Assembly: GCA_030390025.1 (NCBI GenBank)
Contig: CM059438.1
Coordinates: forward strand, 55,492,001 to 55,556,000
Length of the DNA stretch: 64,000 nt
Source of the DNA: Squalus acanthias
Lineage: Eukaryota
Direction: 5' to 3'
Both the position numbers and the translations under genes were made by a program. Each line of letters begins with the position of its first letter. Positions within the stretch are counted from its first letter, which is position 1. The notes beneath the pieces were generated by a model. That model saw nothing but the letters and a program-made list of their open reading frames with translations, was not told the origin of the DNA and did not search any database. Of this stretch, positions 34,484 through 47,467 are shown piece by piece.

Positions 34484-37400
34484 TTTTCACAAAGGAGAGG
34501 GGCGAAGCAGACATTGCTATCAGGGGGGAGGAGTGTGAAATATTAGATGAAATAAACATAGTGAGAGAGGTTTAGCAGCTTTAAAAGTGGATAAATCCCC
34601 AGGCCCGGATGAAATGTATCCCAGGCTGTTAAGCGAAGCAAAAGAGGAAATAGCAGAGACTCTGACCATCATTTTTCAATCCTCTCTGGCTTCAGGTGTG
34701 GTGCCGGAGGACTGCTAATGTGGTACCCTTGTTTAAAAAGGGAGAAAAGGATAGACCGAGTAATTACAGGCCAGTCAGCCTAACCTCGGTGGTGGGAAAA
34801 TTATTGGAAAGAATTCTGAAGGACAGGATAAATCTTCATTTAGAAAGACACGGATTAATCAAAGATAGTCAGCACGGATTTGTTAAGGGAAGGTCGTGTC
34901 TGACAAACTTGATTGAATTTTTTGAGGAGGTAACAAGGAGGGTAGATGAAGGTAGTGCGTTTGATGTAGTCTATATGGACATAGAAACATAGAAACATAG
35001 AAGATAGGAGCAGGAGTAGTCCATTTGGCCCCTCGAGCCTGCTCCGCCATTCAATGCGATCATGGCTGATCATCCAAATTCAGTACCCTGTCCCTGCTTT
35101 CTCCCCATATCCCTTGATCCCCTTAGCCTTAAGAAATATATCTAACTCCTTCTTGAATATATTTAATGAATTGGCCTCAACTGCCTTCTGTGGTAGCGAA
35201 TTCCACAGGTCCGCCACTCTCTGGGTGAAGAAATTCCTCCTCATCTCAGTCCTAAATGGCTTACCCCTTATCCTTAGACTGTGACCCCTGGTTCTGGACT
35301 CCCCCGCCATCGGGAACATCCTTCCTGCATCTAGTCTGTCTAGTCCTGTTAGAATTTTATAAGTTTCAATGAGATCCCCTCTCATTCTTCGAAACTCTAG
35401 CGAATATAAGCCTAATCGACCCAATCTCTCTTCATACGTCATTCCTGCCAGCCCAGTTATCAGTCTGGTGAATCTTCGCTGCACTCCCTCCATGGCAAGA
35501 ACATCCTTCCTCAGATAAGGTGACCAAAACTGCACACAATACTCAAAGTGTGGTCTCACCAAGGCCCTGTACAACTGCAGCAAGACATCCTTGCTCCTGT
35601 ACTTGAATCCTCTCGCTATGAATGCCAACATACCATTTGCCTTCTTAACTGCCTGCTGCACCTGCATGCTTACCTTCAGCGACCGGTGCACAAGGACACC
35701 CAGGTCTCGTTGCACTTCCCCTTTTCCCAATCTATTGCCATTCAGATAATAATCTGTCTTCCTGTTTTTGCCACCAAAGTGGATAACCTCACATTTATCC
35801 ACAATATATTGCATCTGCCATGCTTCGTCCCAATCACCCAACCTGTCCAAATCATACTGGAGTTTCTCTGCATCCTCCTCACAGCACAAATGCCCACCCA
35901 GCTTTGTGTCATCTGCAAACTTGGAGATATTACCATCGTAGTTTCCTTTATTTAAATTCAGGACCCTAGTCTCTGAGTCAACTACTTCACTCTCCATCTT
36001 AATGAAGAATTCTAGCATATTATGATCGCTCCTCCCCAAGGGGCCTCGCACAACAAGATTGCTAATTAATCCTTTCTCATTACATAATACCCAGTTTAAG
36101 ATGGCCTGATCTCTAGTTGGTTCCTCGACATATTGGTCCAGGAAACCATCCCGTATACACTCCAGGAATTCCTCTTCCACAGTATTGTTACTAATTTGGT
36201 TAGCCCAATCTATATGTAAATTAAAGTCATCCATGATAACTGCTGTGCCCTTATTGCAAGCGTCTTTAATTTCCCATTTAATGCCATCCCCAACCTCAGC
36301 ATTACTGTTTGGGGGTCTGTATACAACTCCCACTAACGTTTTCTGCCCCTTGGTGTTTCTCAGCTCTACCCATACAGATTCCACATCATCAGAGCTAATA
36401 TCCTTCCTTACTATTGTGTTAATGTCCTCTTTAACCAGCAATGCTACCCCACCATCTTTTCCTTTTTGCCTGTCCTTCCTGAATATTGAATACCCCTGGA
36501 TGTTGAATTCCCAGCCTTGGTCACCCTGGAGGCATGTCTCCGTAATCCCAATCATATCATATCCGTTTACATCTCTTTGCGCAGCTAATTCATCCACCTT
36601 ATTACGAATGCTCCTCGCATTAAGACACAAAGCCTTCAGGCTTGTTTTTTTAACACTCTTAGACCTTTTAGAATTATTGTTTACTGTGGCCATGTTTGAT
36701 TTACACCCTTGATTTCTCTGACTTCCACTTTTGCTTTTCTCCTTCCTGTCTTTTGCTTCTATCCTTGCTTCCCTTTCTGCTGTCTCACTACACAGGTTCC
36801 CAACCCCCTGCCATTTTAGTTTAAACCCTCCCCAACAGCACCAGCAAATACTCCCCCTAGGACATCGGTCCCGGTCCTGCCCAGGTGCAAACCGTCCAGT
36901 TTGTACTGGTCCCACCTCCCCCAGAACCGGTTCCAATGTCCCAGGAATTTGAATCCCTCCCCCTTGCACCATTCCTCTAGCCACGTATTCATCTGAAATA
37001 TCCTTCTATTTCTACTCTGACTAGTACGTGGCAGTGGTAGCAATCCTGAGATTACTACCATTGAGATCCTATTTTTTAATTTACCTCCTAACTCCCTATA
37101 TTCAGCTTTAAGGACCTCATCCCATTTTTTACCTGTATCGTTGGTACCTATATGCACCATGACAACTGGCTGTTCACCCTCCCCCTCCAAAATGCCCTGC
37201 AGCCGCCCCGAGACATCCTTGACCCTTGCACCAGGGAGGCAACATACCATCCTGGAGTCTCGTTTGCGGCAGCAGAAACGCCTATCTATTCCCCTTACAA
37301 TAGAATCCCCTATCACTATAGCTCTCCCGCTCTTTTTCCTCCCGTCCTGTGCAGCAGAACCACCCATGGTGCCAGAAAGTTAGTTGCTGCTGCCTTCCCC

Positions 37401-39154
37401 CGATAAGCCATCCCCCTCAACAATATCCAAAGTGGTATATCTGTTTGAGAGGGGGAATGGCCACAGGGGACCCCTGCATTACCTGCCTGCGCCTACTACT
37501 CTGCCTGGTGGTCACCCATTCCCTTACTGCCTGTGCAGCCTTTACCTGCGATGTGACCAACTCATTAAATGTGATATCCACGACGTCCTCAGCATCGCAA
37601 ATGCTCCAGTATGTATCCATTCGCAGCTCCAGCGCCGCAATGCGGTCTGCCAGTAGCTGCAGTTGGATACACTTCCCGCACACATGGTCGTCAGGGACAC
37701 AGGAAATGTTCCTGATTTCCCACATAGTGCAGGAGGAGCATGCCACGGGGCCGAGCTGTGCTGCCATGACTTACCCTTTAATTAATTTAAATTAAATTAA
37801 ATCAAATCAATACCACAAATTACACTACAATTAAATGATATAGTCAAGGGCTCTTGTTTACTAGCACTCCCCGCTACACAACAGAGACCTTAGAAACTAT
37901 AACCACAAAATTAAGACCTTCTAAACTTTATAAACTATTAACCTTAACTGTCAAACTATAGAGTAGTATAAATACTCACCTTTAGCAAGGCTTTTGATAA
38001 GGTTCCACATGGCAGACTGGTCACGAAGTTAAAAGCCCATGGGATCCAGGGCAAAGTTTCAAGTTGGATTCAAAACTGGCTCGGAGGCAGGAAGCAGAGG
38101 GTAATGGTTGATGGGTGTTTTTGTGACTGGAAGGCTGTTTCCAGTGGGTTTCCGCAGGGCTCAGTACTAGGCCCCTTGCTTTTTGTGGTATATATCAATG
38201 ATCTAGACTTGGATATAGGGGGTATGATTAAGAAGCTTGCAGATGATACTAAAATCGGCTATGTGGTTGATACTGAAGAAGGAAGCTGTAGACTGCAGGA
38301 AGATATCAATAAATTGGTCAGGTGGGCAGAACAGTGGCAAATGGATTTCAATCCAGAGAAGTGTGAGATAATGCTTTTGGGGAGGGCTAACAAGGAAAGG
38401 GAATACACATTAAATGGTAGGACACTGAGTAGTGTAGAGGAACAAAGGGACCTTGGAGTGCATGTCCACAGATCCCTGAAGGTTGCAGGCCAGGTAGATA
38501 AGGTGGTTAAGAAGGCATACGGAATGCTTGCCTTTATTAGACGTGGCATAGAGTACAAGAGCAGGGGGGTTATGTTTCAACTGTATAAAACACTAGTTAG
38601 GCCTCAGCTAGAGTACTGCGTGCAGTTCTGGTCACCACATTACAGGAAAGATGTGATTGCACTGGAGAGGGTACAAAGGAGATTTACAAAGATGTGGCTG
38701 GGAGTAGAGAATCTTAGCTATGAGGAAAGAGTGGATAGGCTGGGTCTGTTTTCCTTGGAACAGAGGAGGCTGAGGGGAGACCTTATTGAGGTGTATAAAA
38801 TTATGAGGGGCATAGATAAAGTGGATAGAAAGGAGCTATTTCCCTTAGCAGAGGGGTCAAAAACCAGGGGGCACAGATTTAAAGTAATTGGTGGAAGGTT
38901 TAGAGGGGATTTGAGGGGAAATTTCTTCACCCAGAGGGTTGTGGGGGTCTGGAACTCACTGCCTGAAAGGGTGGTAGAGGCAGGAACCCTAACCACATTT
39001 AAAAAGTACTTGGATGTGCACTTGCGATGCTGTAACCTGCAGGGCTACGGACCAAGAGCTGGGAAGTGGGATTAGGCTGGATAGCTCTTTGTTGGCCGGC
39101 ACGGACACGATGGGCCGAAATGGCCTCCTTCCGTGCTGTAACTTTCTATGATTC
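34484..39154 (+). mobile_element. 5'-truncated CR1 split at 34980/37981 by another CR1
   Basis: VVYMD (34980) resumes as FSKAFDKVPH (37981). RT ORF 38104-39075 and tail. Confidence 0.92.
34981..37980 (-). mobile_element. CR1 with ~1.24-kb internal deletion
   Basis: ORF1 pieces 37767-36816; ORF2 joins the endonuclease to the late RT (KGNYDG|NISKFADD). Sister of 53468-57455. Confidence 0.92.
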
Positions 39155-39159
39155 CCGAT

Positions 39160-39712
39160 TTTTTTCTTACGTCGCCTTTGGTTTTTTTGCCAATCACCTT
39201 AAATCTGTGTCCTCTGGTTCTCGACCCTTCTGCCAATGGGAACAGTTTCTCTCGCTCTACTCTGTCCAGACCCCTCATAATTTTGAACACCTCTATCAAA
39301 TCTCCTCTCAATCTTGTCTGCTCCAAGGAGAACAAACCCACCTTCTCCAGTTTATTAATGTAACTGAAGTCCCTCATTCCTGGAATCATTCTCGTAAATC
39401 TTTTCTGCATCCTCTCTAAGGCCGTCACATCCTTCCTAAAGTGCGGTGCCCAGAATTGGACACAATACTCCAGTTGGGGCCGAACCAGTGCTTTTGTACT
39501 CTATACCTCTATTTATGAAGCCCAGGATCCCATAAGCCTTTTTAACCGCTTTCTCAACCTGCCCTGCCACCTTCAACGATTTGTACACACATACCCCCAG
39601 GTCTCTCTGTTTGTGCACCCCCTTTAGGATTGTACCATTTAGTTTATATTGCCTCTCCTCATTCTCTCTACCAAAATGTATCACTTCACACTTTTCTGCG
39701 TTAAATTTCATC
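39160..39712 (-). mobile_element. CR1 ORF2 C-terminal fragment
   Basis: KFNAEKCEVIHFG...RLRGDLIEVFK; flanked by a 61-bp duplication. Confidence 0.85.
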
Positions 39713-41100
39713 GGCCGGCAGGGACACGATGGGCCGAAATGGCCTCCTTCCATGCTGTAACTTTCTATGATTCTATGATTATATTAAGGGGAGGGCCAAA
39801 GCTCACAACTCTGTGGGGCCCTACCTGGACCACCGGGGAGCGAGGTGCTGTGCCGGGCTGCCAGATCGCGGCACGGATCCTGCGTTCAAAGAGGCAACGG
39901 GCTGCGACAAGTAAGTCGGCCGATTATCTTTTCCCCGCCCGCCACCTCCCCTTTAGTTAGCGCCCCGCGAGCCTCCTGCCGCTCCGTTCCCGCCCCCTGA
40001 ATCAGTCACCGTCATCGCCCGGCGCAGATTCACGGGGCGCGGGCCAATTTTGCAGGCGGGGTGTAAACGGGCACTGCGCACAGAGATGATGTCATCATCG
40101 CCTGCACAGTGGAGTGGGGCACTACTGGTTACCACCGCCGCTAAACTTGCGCTGAATTTAGCGGGAGCCGTTAGCGGAACCGCGCACGGGCGAAAAGTTG
40201 TTTGCACTAACGGGAGGTGCTAGCCTTTTGTAACTCATTCACACACAGACTCACACAAACATTCACATCACACATTGACACACATTCACTCGCACACTGG
40301 CATTGGGACCAGTTCTGGGGCCGGGGGGACCTGTACAAGTCTGATGGGTTGCACCTCAACAGGGCTGGGACCAGTGTCCTCACAGGGAGGTTAACTAGTG
40401 CTGTGGGGGGGGGGGGTGGGTGGGGTGTTTAAACTAATTTGGCTGGGGAAGAGGCACCAGGATGAATCATGAGAGAGGAGAAACAAGGTGCATAGAGGAC
40501 TGAGAGAGACGAACAGCATTAGAATAAAGAGTAGTTCAGAAATAGGAGGGATCAGACAGGGGGAAAATGTGAGGCAGACTAAGATATAGAGTGCTTGTGC
40601 TTGTGTATTCAGGAAAGATAGGAAAGGAATAAAAGGAGGGTGGAGGGTGGTAGTTTTGATCAACAGTGTAAAGGCCAAAGAGGGGAAGGAATTCCTGAAA
40701 TGTGTACAAGAGAACTTTCTCGATCAGTGTCTTTCCAGCCCAACGAGGATGGAAGCAGTGCTGGATCTAGTTCTGGGGAATGAAGTGGGGCAAGTGGAGC
40801 ATGTTTTACTTGGAGAGCATTTGGGGAACAGTGATCATAATATCATCTGGTTTAGAGTAGTTATGGAAAAGGACAAGGAAAAATCAAAGGTGAAGATATT
40901 CAACTGGAGGAGGGCTAATTTCAGTGAGTTGAAAAAGATCTGGCCCAGGTGGATTGGAATCAAAGATTGGCAGGTAGAACAGTAAATGAGCAATGGGAGG
41001 CCTTCAAAGAGGAGATCGTTCTGGTGCAGACTAGACACATTCCATGAGGAGGAAAGGAAGGACACCCAAATCTAGAGCTCCCTGGATGACTAAAGATATA

Positions 41101-41849
41101 GGGGGAAAAATTCCCCATGAGGACCGTTTGGGACGCTAAGTGAAAAATGTTTGGAAAGTTAGTGCCAGCCGCTAACCTTTTCAAACATTTGTTAAATTCC
41201 CTCTTTTTGCTCCAAGATGGAATCAAGCGCTCCACTTGCCTCTTGGAACGCCAGAGGCGGGGAATGTCCCAATCCGGGGCGATGTGCTCAGCAGCGCCAC
41301 AAGTGGCCAAGCGTGGTGCTGCCATGTTGCAGGGGCTCTTCGCTGCATTAAAGGGAAGGGGTCCACGCTGTGAGCTCTGCAGGTTTCATTGTAGATTTCT
41401 GGGCCACCGGGGAGCGGGAGTGCCGCGCGATCAGCCTGGCTCTCATGCAGAGTGCCGGGCTGAGCGATCGCGGCACGGACACCGCGACCGGTGGCCGAAA
41501 ATTAATTTTAAAAACAATCAGCATTTTTTTCTTGGCCGGCCGCCCACCGTACCTTTAAGTTGCGCCCCATGAGCGTCCGGCCTCGCTGTTCGTGACCCCT
41601 GCAGCAGTCGGTAACATCGCCCAGCGCTGCTACGAGGTGCGAGTGCGAATTTTTCACCTGGGGCGCTGCGCCCGGAGATGACGTCACGATTTCTGGCCGC
41701 AGAAGATCAGGGCGATACCTGGTAGCGCCGCCGCTAACCTCCCACGGAATTTTGCAGGAGGCACGGTTATCACCTCAGGGGGGGCGAAAAGCTATTTACG
41801 CCCATTAGCGCCTCCCACCGGAGGCGCAAACGAGGGAAATTTCACCCCC
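41101..41849. mobile_element. Harbinger-type MITE (749 bp)
   Basis: Ends GGGGGAAAAATTCCC / GGGAAATTTCACCCCC, TSD ATA. Removing it restores CR1 WMTKDIEMKM. Confidence 0.85.
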
Positions 41850-42676
41850 ATAGAGATGAAAATGAAACAGAAAAAGGAGGCTTACGATAAATTCAGGGTT
41901 CATAATTCAGTAGAGAACCAAGCTGAATATAGAAAGTACAGAGACAATCTAATAAAGGGAATAAAATATGAGAATAGATTAGAGGCTATATTAAAAGGGA
42001 ACCCAAAAGTCTTTTATAAACATATAAATAGCAAAAGGGTAGTCAAAGGAAGGGTGGGACCAATAGGGACCAAAAAGGAGATCTTCTTGTGGAGGCAGAG
42101 AGCATGGCTGAGTTACTAAATGAGGACTTTGCATCTGTCTTCACTAGAGAGGAGGATGCTGCCAATATATCAGTAATGGAGGAGGCAGTAGTGATATTGG
42201 ATAGGATAAAAATAGATAAAGAGGATGTACTTTAAAGTTTGGCAGTCCTCAAAGTAGAAAAATTACCCGGTCCGGATGGGATCTATCCTAGGTTACTGAG
42301 GGAAGTAAGGGTGGAAATTGTGGAGGCTTTGGCCACAATCTTCCAATCCTCCTTGGATATGGGTGTGATGCCAGAGGATTGGAAATGTTACCCTCCTGTT
42401 TAAAAGAGGGGGTTGAGGGATAAACCCGGCAACTACAGGCCAGTTAGCCTAACGTCGGTGGTGGGGAAACTTTTAGAGACAATAATCTGGGACAAAATTA
42501 ATTGACACTTGGGAAAACATGTGTTAATAAATGAAAGCCAGCACTGATTTGTTAAAGGCAAATCGTGTTTGACTAACTTGATTGTGTTCTTTGATGAAGT
42601 AATGGAGAGGGTTGATGAGGGTAGTGCTGCTGATGTTTTGAATATGGACTTTCAAAAGGCGTTTGATAAAGCACCC

Positions 42677-43007
42677 TGACAGACAGGGGTTGGGCAGGTT
42701 GAACGCTCTTTTGAGAGTGATCCCACGCTCACCAACTCAGAGGCCCTAGAGAGAGAGAGAGAGAGAGAGGCCGGAAGCCAGAGAACTGTTCACGCATGCC
42801 AGCCGTCTGTCCGATCGGGACCGGTACCAGCTGCTTGTCACACTCGTATGTTTTTGCTGTAAAACTAGCATGTTATATTCCATCTTAAACTCTGATTAAA
42901 TACAATATACCCACCATATTGGGTTGCAGTCAATCCTGATTATTTGAAAGACTAGAGATAAGCTACTATTTGGCCTAATTTCTACAAGATGGCGACCGCG
43001 GCAGGAC
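42677..43007 (+). mobile_element. LTR fragment + tRNA primer-binding site inserted in CR1 RT
   Basis: TG start, (GA)n, ATTAAA, end TTTCTACA (42986), 3-nt spacer, then TGGCGACCGCGGCAGGAC (42990-43007). Confidence 0.7.
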
Positions 43008-43303
43008 TTGTTCGCAAAATTAAAGCCGATGGGATTAAAGGGGCAGTGGCAGTGTGGATACAAAATTTGCTCCGAGACAGAAAGCAGAGAGTAGTAGTGA
43101 ATGTTTGTTTTTCAGACTGAAGGGAAGTGTGCATTGGTGTCCCACAGTGGTCGGTGCTGGGACCACTGCTCTTTTTGATATATTTTAATGACCTGGATGT
43201 GGGTATACAGGATATAATTTCAAAGTTTGCAGATGATACAAAACTCAGAAATATAGTAAACAGTGAGGAGGATAGTAACAGACTTCAGGAGGATATAGAC
43301 AGA

Positions 43304-43890
43304 CTGGGTATTCTGCGGCGAGTGTCTCACCTCCTGACTCCCCAAAGCCTTTCCACCATCTACAAGGCACAAGTCAGGAGTGTGATGGAATACTCACCAC
43401 TTGCCTGGATGAGTGCAGCTCCAACAACACTCAAGGAGCTCGACACCATCCAGGACAAAGCAGCCCGCTTGATTGGCACCCCATCCACCACCTTAAACAT
43501 TCACTCCCTCCACCACCGGCGTACCGTGGCTGCAGTGTGTACCATCTACAAGATGCACTGCAGCAACTCGCTAAGGCTTCTTCAGCAGCACCTCCCAAAC
43601 CCGCGACCTCTTTCACCTAGAAGGACAAGGGCAGCAGGCGCATGCGAACACCACCACATCCAAGTTTCCCTCCAAGTCACACACCATCCTGACTTAGAAG
43701 TATATCACCGATCCTTCATCGTCGCTGGGTGAAAATCCTGGAACTCCCTACCTAACAGCACTGTGGGAGTACCTTCACCACACGGATTGCAGCGGTTCAA
43801 GAAGGCGGCTCAGCACCACCTTCTCAAGGGCAATTAGGGATGGGCAATAAATGCTGGCCTTGCCAGCGACGCCCACATCCCATAAATGAA
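43304..43890 (+). mobile_element. 3' end of a second CR1/L2-group LINE family
   Basis: GILRRVSHLLTPQSLSTIYKAQVRSVMEYSPLAW...IQDKAARLI, with AATAAA in the 3'UTR. Replaces part of the host CR1. Confidence 0.75.
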
Positions 43891-44440
43891 TTTAATAAAA
43901 GAGATTTACCAGAATGGTACCAGGGATGAAAGACTTCCGTTACGTGGAGAGACTGGTGAAGCTGGGGTTGTTCTCCTTAGAGCTGAGAGGTTAAGGAGAG
44001 ATTTGTTAGAGGTTTTCAAAATCTTAAAGAGTTTTGTTAGAGTAAATAAGGAGAAACTGTTTCCAGTGGTAGAAGGGTCGGTAACCAGAGGACACAAATT
44101 TAAGGTAATTGGCAAAAGTACCAGAGGCGACATGAAGAATTTTTTTTAAGCAGTGAGTTGTTGTGATCTGGAATGCACTACCTGAAAGGATGGTGGAAGC
44201 AGATTCAATAGTAACTTTCAAAAGGGATTTGGATAAATGCTTGAAAAGGAAAAATTCACAGGGCTATGGTGAAAGAGTGGGGAAGTGGGACTAATTGGAG
44301 AGCTCTTTCAAAGAGCCGGCACAGGCACAATGGGCCGAATTGCCTCCTTCTGTGCTGTATCATTCTATGATTCTATGATTCTACATTCACACTCACACAC
44401 TCATACTGTCACTCACATTCATACAGACACTCACTAATAC

Positions 44441-45429
44441 AAAGCAAAATACTGCTGGAAATCTGAAATAATGGGCCAGAAATTCGGCTTTCCGGCTTCC
44501 TGCGGGTGCAAGCATCGTGCGCGTACTTGCCGACCGCGCCTGCCGTTGTGCTTTGGGCCCACCAGGATTTCGGGTCCTGGGCCTCCTGCAGCTGCCGGCG
44601 CGCAGTGCTTGCATATCCCAGGGGCACAGTTAGTTCGAAGCGTCCTCTGGGATCACGTGGGCCATGGAGAGCCAATCCTAACAGGGCATTTTCATTCATA
44701 GATTTGACAGGAAGACCTGTCAAATCTATGAATAGAGATTGGCCCCAAAACCACACTTAAACTTCAAATACATTTTTTAAAAAACATCACATTTTTAAAA
44801 TAACTATAAGTTACATAAATTAACTATTTTAAACAAAAATTTAAATTTTTGAAAAAATTAATTATACTTTTTAACGGTGCTAAAAATAAACTTACCTTTC
44901 TTTAAAGTATCTAAAAAAGATAAACCTGTTGAAATTTTTTTTAAATTGTACTTAATTAACCCCTTATCTTGTTAAAAACAGGCCTTGCGCCTCCTTTTTA
45001 AAAGCGCAGCTTCTCCATACTTACCCTCCCGGAGAGACCTGAAAAAAAAAACGAAGTTCGCTGCGTGCGCGCAGCCTCTCCCGCGCACACGGTTCACCTC
45101 TGAACCCCTCCCTTCAGGGGAACAGAAGTTCCGGTTTCCCGCGCTTGCGCAGTGCATGCAGGAAACCGACACTTCAGGAGGCCTTACGGGTGAGTACACA
45201 GCGCATACTCACCCAACAAGAGCCGAATTTCTGGCCCAATAACAAAATATGCTGGAAATACTCAGCAGTTCAGGCAGCATCTGTGAAGAGAGAAACAGAG
45301 TTAACGTTTCAGATTCTGACAAGGATACCATATGCCTTTTTAATCGACCTGAAACATTAACTCTGTTTCTCTCTCCACAGATGCTGCCTGACTTGCTGAG
45401 TATTTCCAGCATTTTCTGTTTTTATTTCA
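44441..45429. mobile_element. PLE-A solo terminal repeats in inverted arrangement (interrupted by a MITE)
   Basis: 44441-44470 plus 45241-45312 match 1505-1612; 45345-45429 is the reverse complement. Confidence 0.75.
44473..45237. mobile_element. Harbinger-type MITE (765 bp)
   Basis: Perfect 17-bp TIR GGGCCAGAAATTCGGCT / AGCCGAATTTCTGGCCC, TSD AAT, AT-rich core. Confidence 0.9.
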
Positions 45430-46455
45430 CATACTCACTCACACATATACGCTCAGTCACTCACACATGCACTCACACTCACAAATACTTTCACTCACAC
45501 ACACATACACACATACACCAATACACAAACAAGGGGTATTTTCACTACTACAGGTTTATTTTGATGTTCCAGACATGGATAAAGTCATCAGGTCTTGAGA
45601 AATTGTCCCGTCTATTAATATCGGACTGGCCCAGAATGGGAATCCTGGGGGAGAAATTGGCTAACCTGTGAAAATGGGTGTGGGGATCGCGGTACACGAT
45701 TAACCCATGCTCGTTCATTGCGTTGATTTCTGCGTGCAGCCAGCACTACCCGCGCTGTTCATTGGCTGCACGCTTCAGCAGGGGACCCAATATCGTGAGT
45801 GTCGTGCGCTACTTAAAGGCAGCCTGCACCTCTTAAAGGGGAGGTGCACTGAGGCTGCAAGAAGTGGTGGGAGGTTTTTGAAAAGTGAATCTGGGCTGTG
45901 ATACTTTGAGCAATGGCTGAACATGCGAGTGAGCGAGCACCAAGGTTTTCAGACAATGCACTGGAGGCCCTGGCAGAAGAGGTGGAAAGAAGGAGAGACG
46001 TCCTGTATCCACAGGGGGCCAGGAGGCCCTCCAGACACATGCTCAGGAGGCAGTGGGAACAAGTAGAGGTCAATGCCAGGAGTGTTGCTCCAAGAACATG
46101 GATGCAGTGCAGGAAGATGTTTAACGATCTCACACGAGTTTTCCAGGTGAGTGAGTTCATCTTCAAATGGTACATCCTACCAACTACACCACGAGCCTCA
46201 TCCACGGCTCAGGTCACTACACCCCCATCACCCACCTACCAACAATCTCTATCAATCAGTACTCAAACCTTCAATTCATATGCTACATATTCAAAGCAGG
46301 CTGCAGAGAGCGCACACCGCGTGCCCAGCACTCGCCAGCGTTGGTGAGCCGGCCTCACGCTGGGTCCCAGTTCCGGTTCAAGTCCCGCTCGCCACCGCTG
46401 CCATCCGCTCGGCGCTGCCCCGCTCCCTCTGCCACTCCCGCCCAGCGCTCCCTCA

Positions 46456-46550
46456 CATAAGAACATAAGAACATAAGAAATAGGAGCAGGAATAGGCCAC
46501 TTGGCTGCTCGAGCCTGCTCCGCCATTCAATAAGATCATGGCTGATCTTG
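46456..46550 (-). mobile_element. CR1 3'UTR/tail fragment
   Basis: (CATAAGAA)3 followed by ATAGGAGCAGG..CTCGAGCCTGCTCCGCCATTCAAT, matching 34985-35070. Confidence 0.75.
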
Positions 46551-46604
46551 GGCTCACATGGAGGGTAACTCTGGAATGGCTGTCATCTGTGGAGAGAGAG
46601 AATG

Positions 46605-47320
46605 AGGTGTGTGAGTGTGTGTGTGTGAGTGTGGGTGTGTATGTCTGAGTGTGTGTGTGTGGGTGTGTGTGAGTGTGGGTGTGTGTGTCTGAGTGTGTGT
46701 GTGTGGGTGTGTGTGTCTGAGTGTGTGTAAGTGTGTGTGTGTGAGTGAATGAGTGGGTGTGTGTGAGTGGGTGTGTGTGAGTGTGTGTGTCTGAGTGTGT
46801 GTGTGTGAGTGAATGAGTGGGTGGGTGTGTGTGAGTGAATGAGTGGGTGTGTGTGAGTGGGTGTGTGTGAGTGTGTGTGTCTGAGTGTGTGTGTGTGAGT
46901 GAATGAGTGGGTGGGTGTGTGTGAGTGAATGAGTGGGTGTGTGTGAGTGGGTGTGTGTGAGTGTGTGTAAGTGTGTGTGTGTGAGTGAATGAGTGGGTGT
47001 GTGTGAGTGGGTGTGTGTGAGTGTGTGTGTCTGAGTGTGTGTGTGTGAGTGAATGAGTGGGTGGGTGTGTGTGAGTGAATGAGTGGGTGTGTGTGAGTGG
47101 GTGTGTGTGAGTGTGTGTGTGTGAGTGAATGAGTGGGTGGGTGTGTGTGAGTGAATGAGTGGGTGTGTGTGAGTGGGTGTGTGTGAGTGTGTGTGTGAGT
47201 GTATGAGTGGGTGGGTGTGAGTGTGTGTGTGAGTGTATGTGTGAGTGTGTGTGTGAGTGAATGAGTGGGTGTGTGTGAGTGTGTGTGTGAGTGTATGTGT
47301 GAGTGTGTGAGTGTGTGTGT
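46605..47320. repeat. Compound (TG)n/GAGT microsatellite with higher-order units
   Basis: About 700 bp of TG-rich sequence; blocks containing GAGTGAATGAGTGG recur. Confidence 0.95.
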
Positions 47321-47467
47321 GCATTTCTGCAGATAGGCTGCATTTTAATTTAATTTAATTTTAGCATATGCATTTCTTAAAAAGCTGCATTTAATATAAC
47401 TTTAGTGTAAACATCTCTGCAAAAAGCTACATTTTAATATAATTTTCTTATAATTTTAATATAATAT

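Larger units (their letters stand above)
34265..40220. mobile_element. GC-rich Harbinger-like MITE split by a nested CR1 cluster (pieces ~34265-34483 and ~39783-40220)
   Basis: Left end GGGGAAAAATTC. The GCGCTAA-rich body resembles other MITEs here. The two pieces join as CCCCTCA|TTAAGGGGAGGG. Right TIR not found. Confidence 0.5.
40296..44384 (+). mobile_element. Old, heavily decayed CR1 hosting three insertions
   Basis: ORF1 end (DGLHLN), LDLVLGNE..SDHN, FADD, 3'UTR and (TTCTATGA)n tail; many stops and deletions. Confidence 0.88.

Noticed and set aside
43127..43732. 201-aa novel RT-like protein
   Set aside because: Chance in-frame junction of two decayed LINEs.
46453..47343. His/Thr-rich ORFs
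   Set aside because: Translation of the (CA)n microsatellite.
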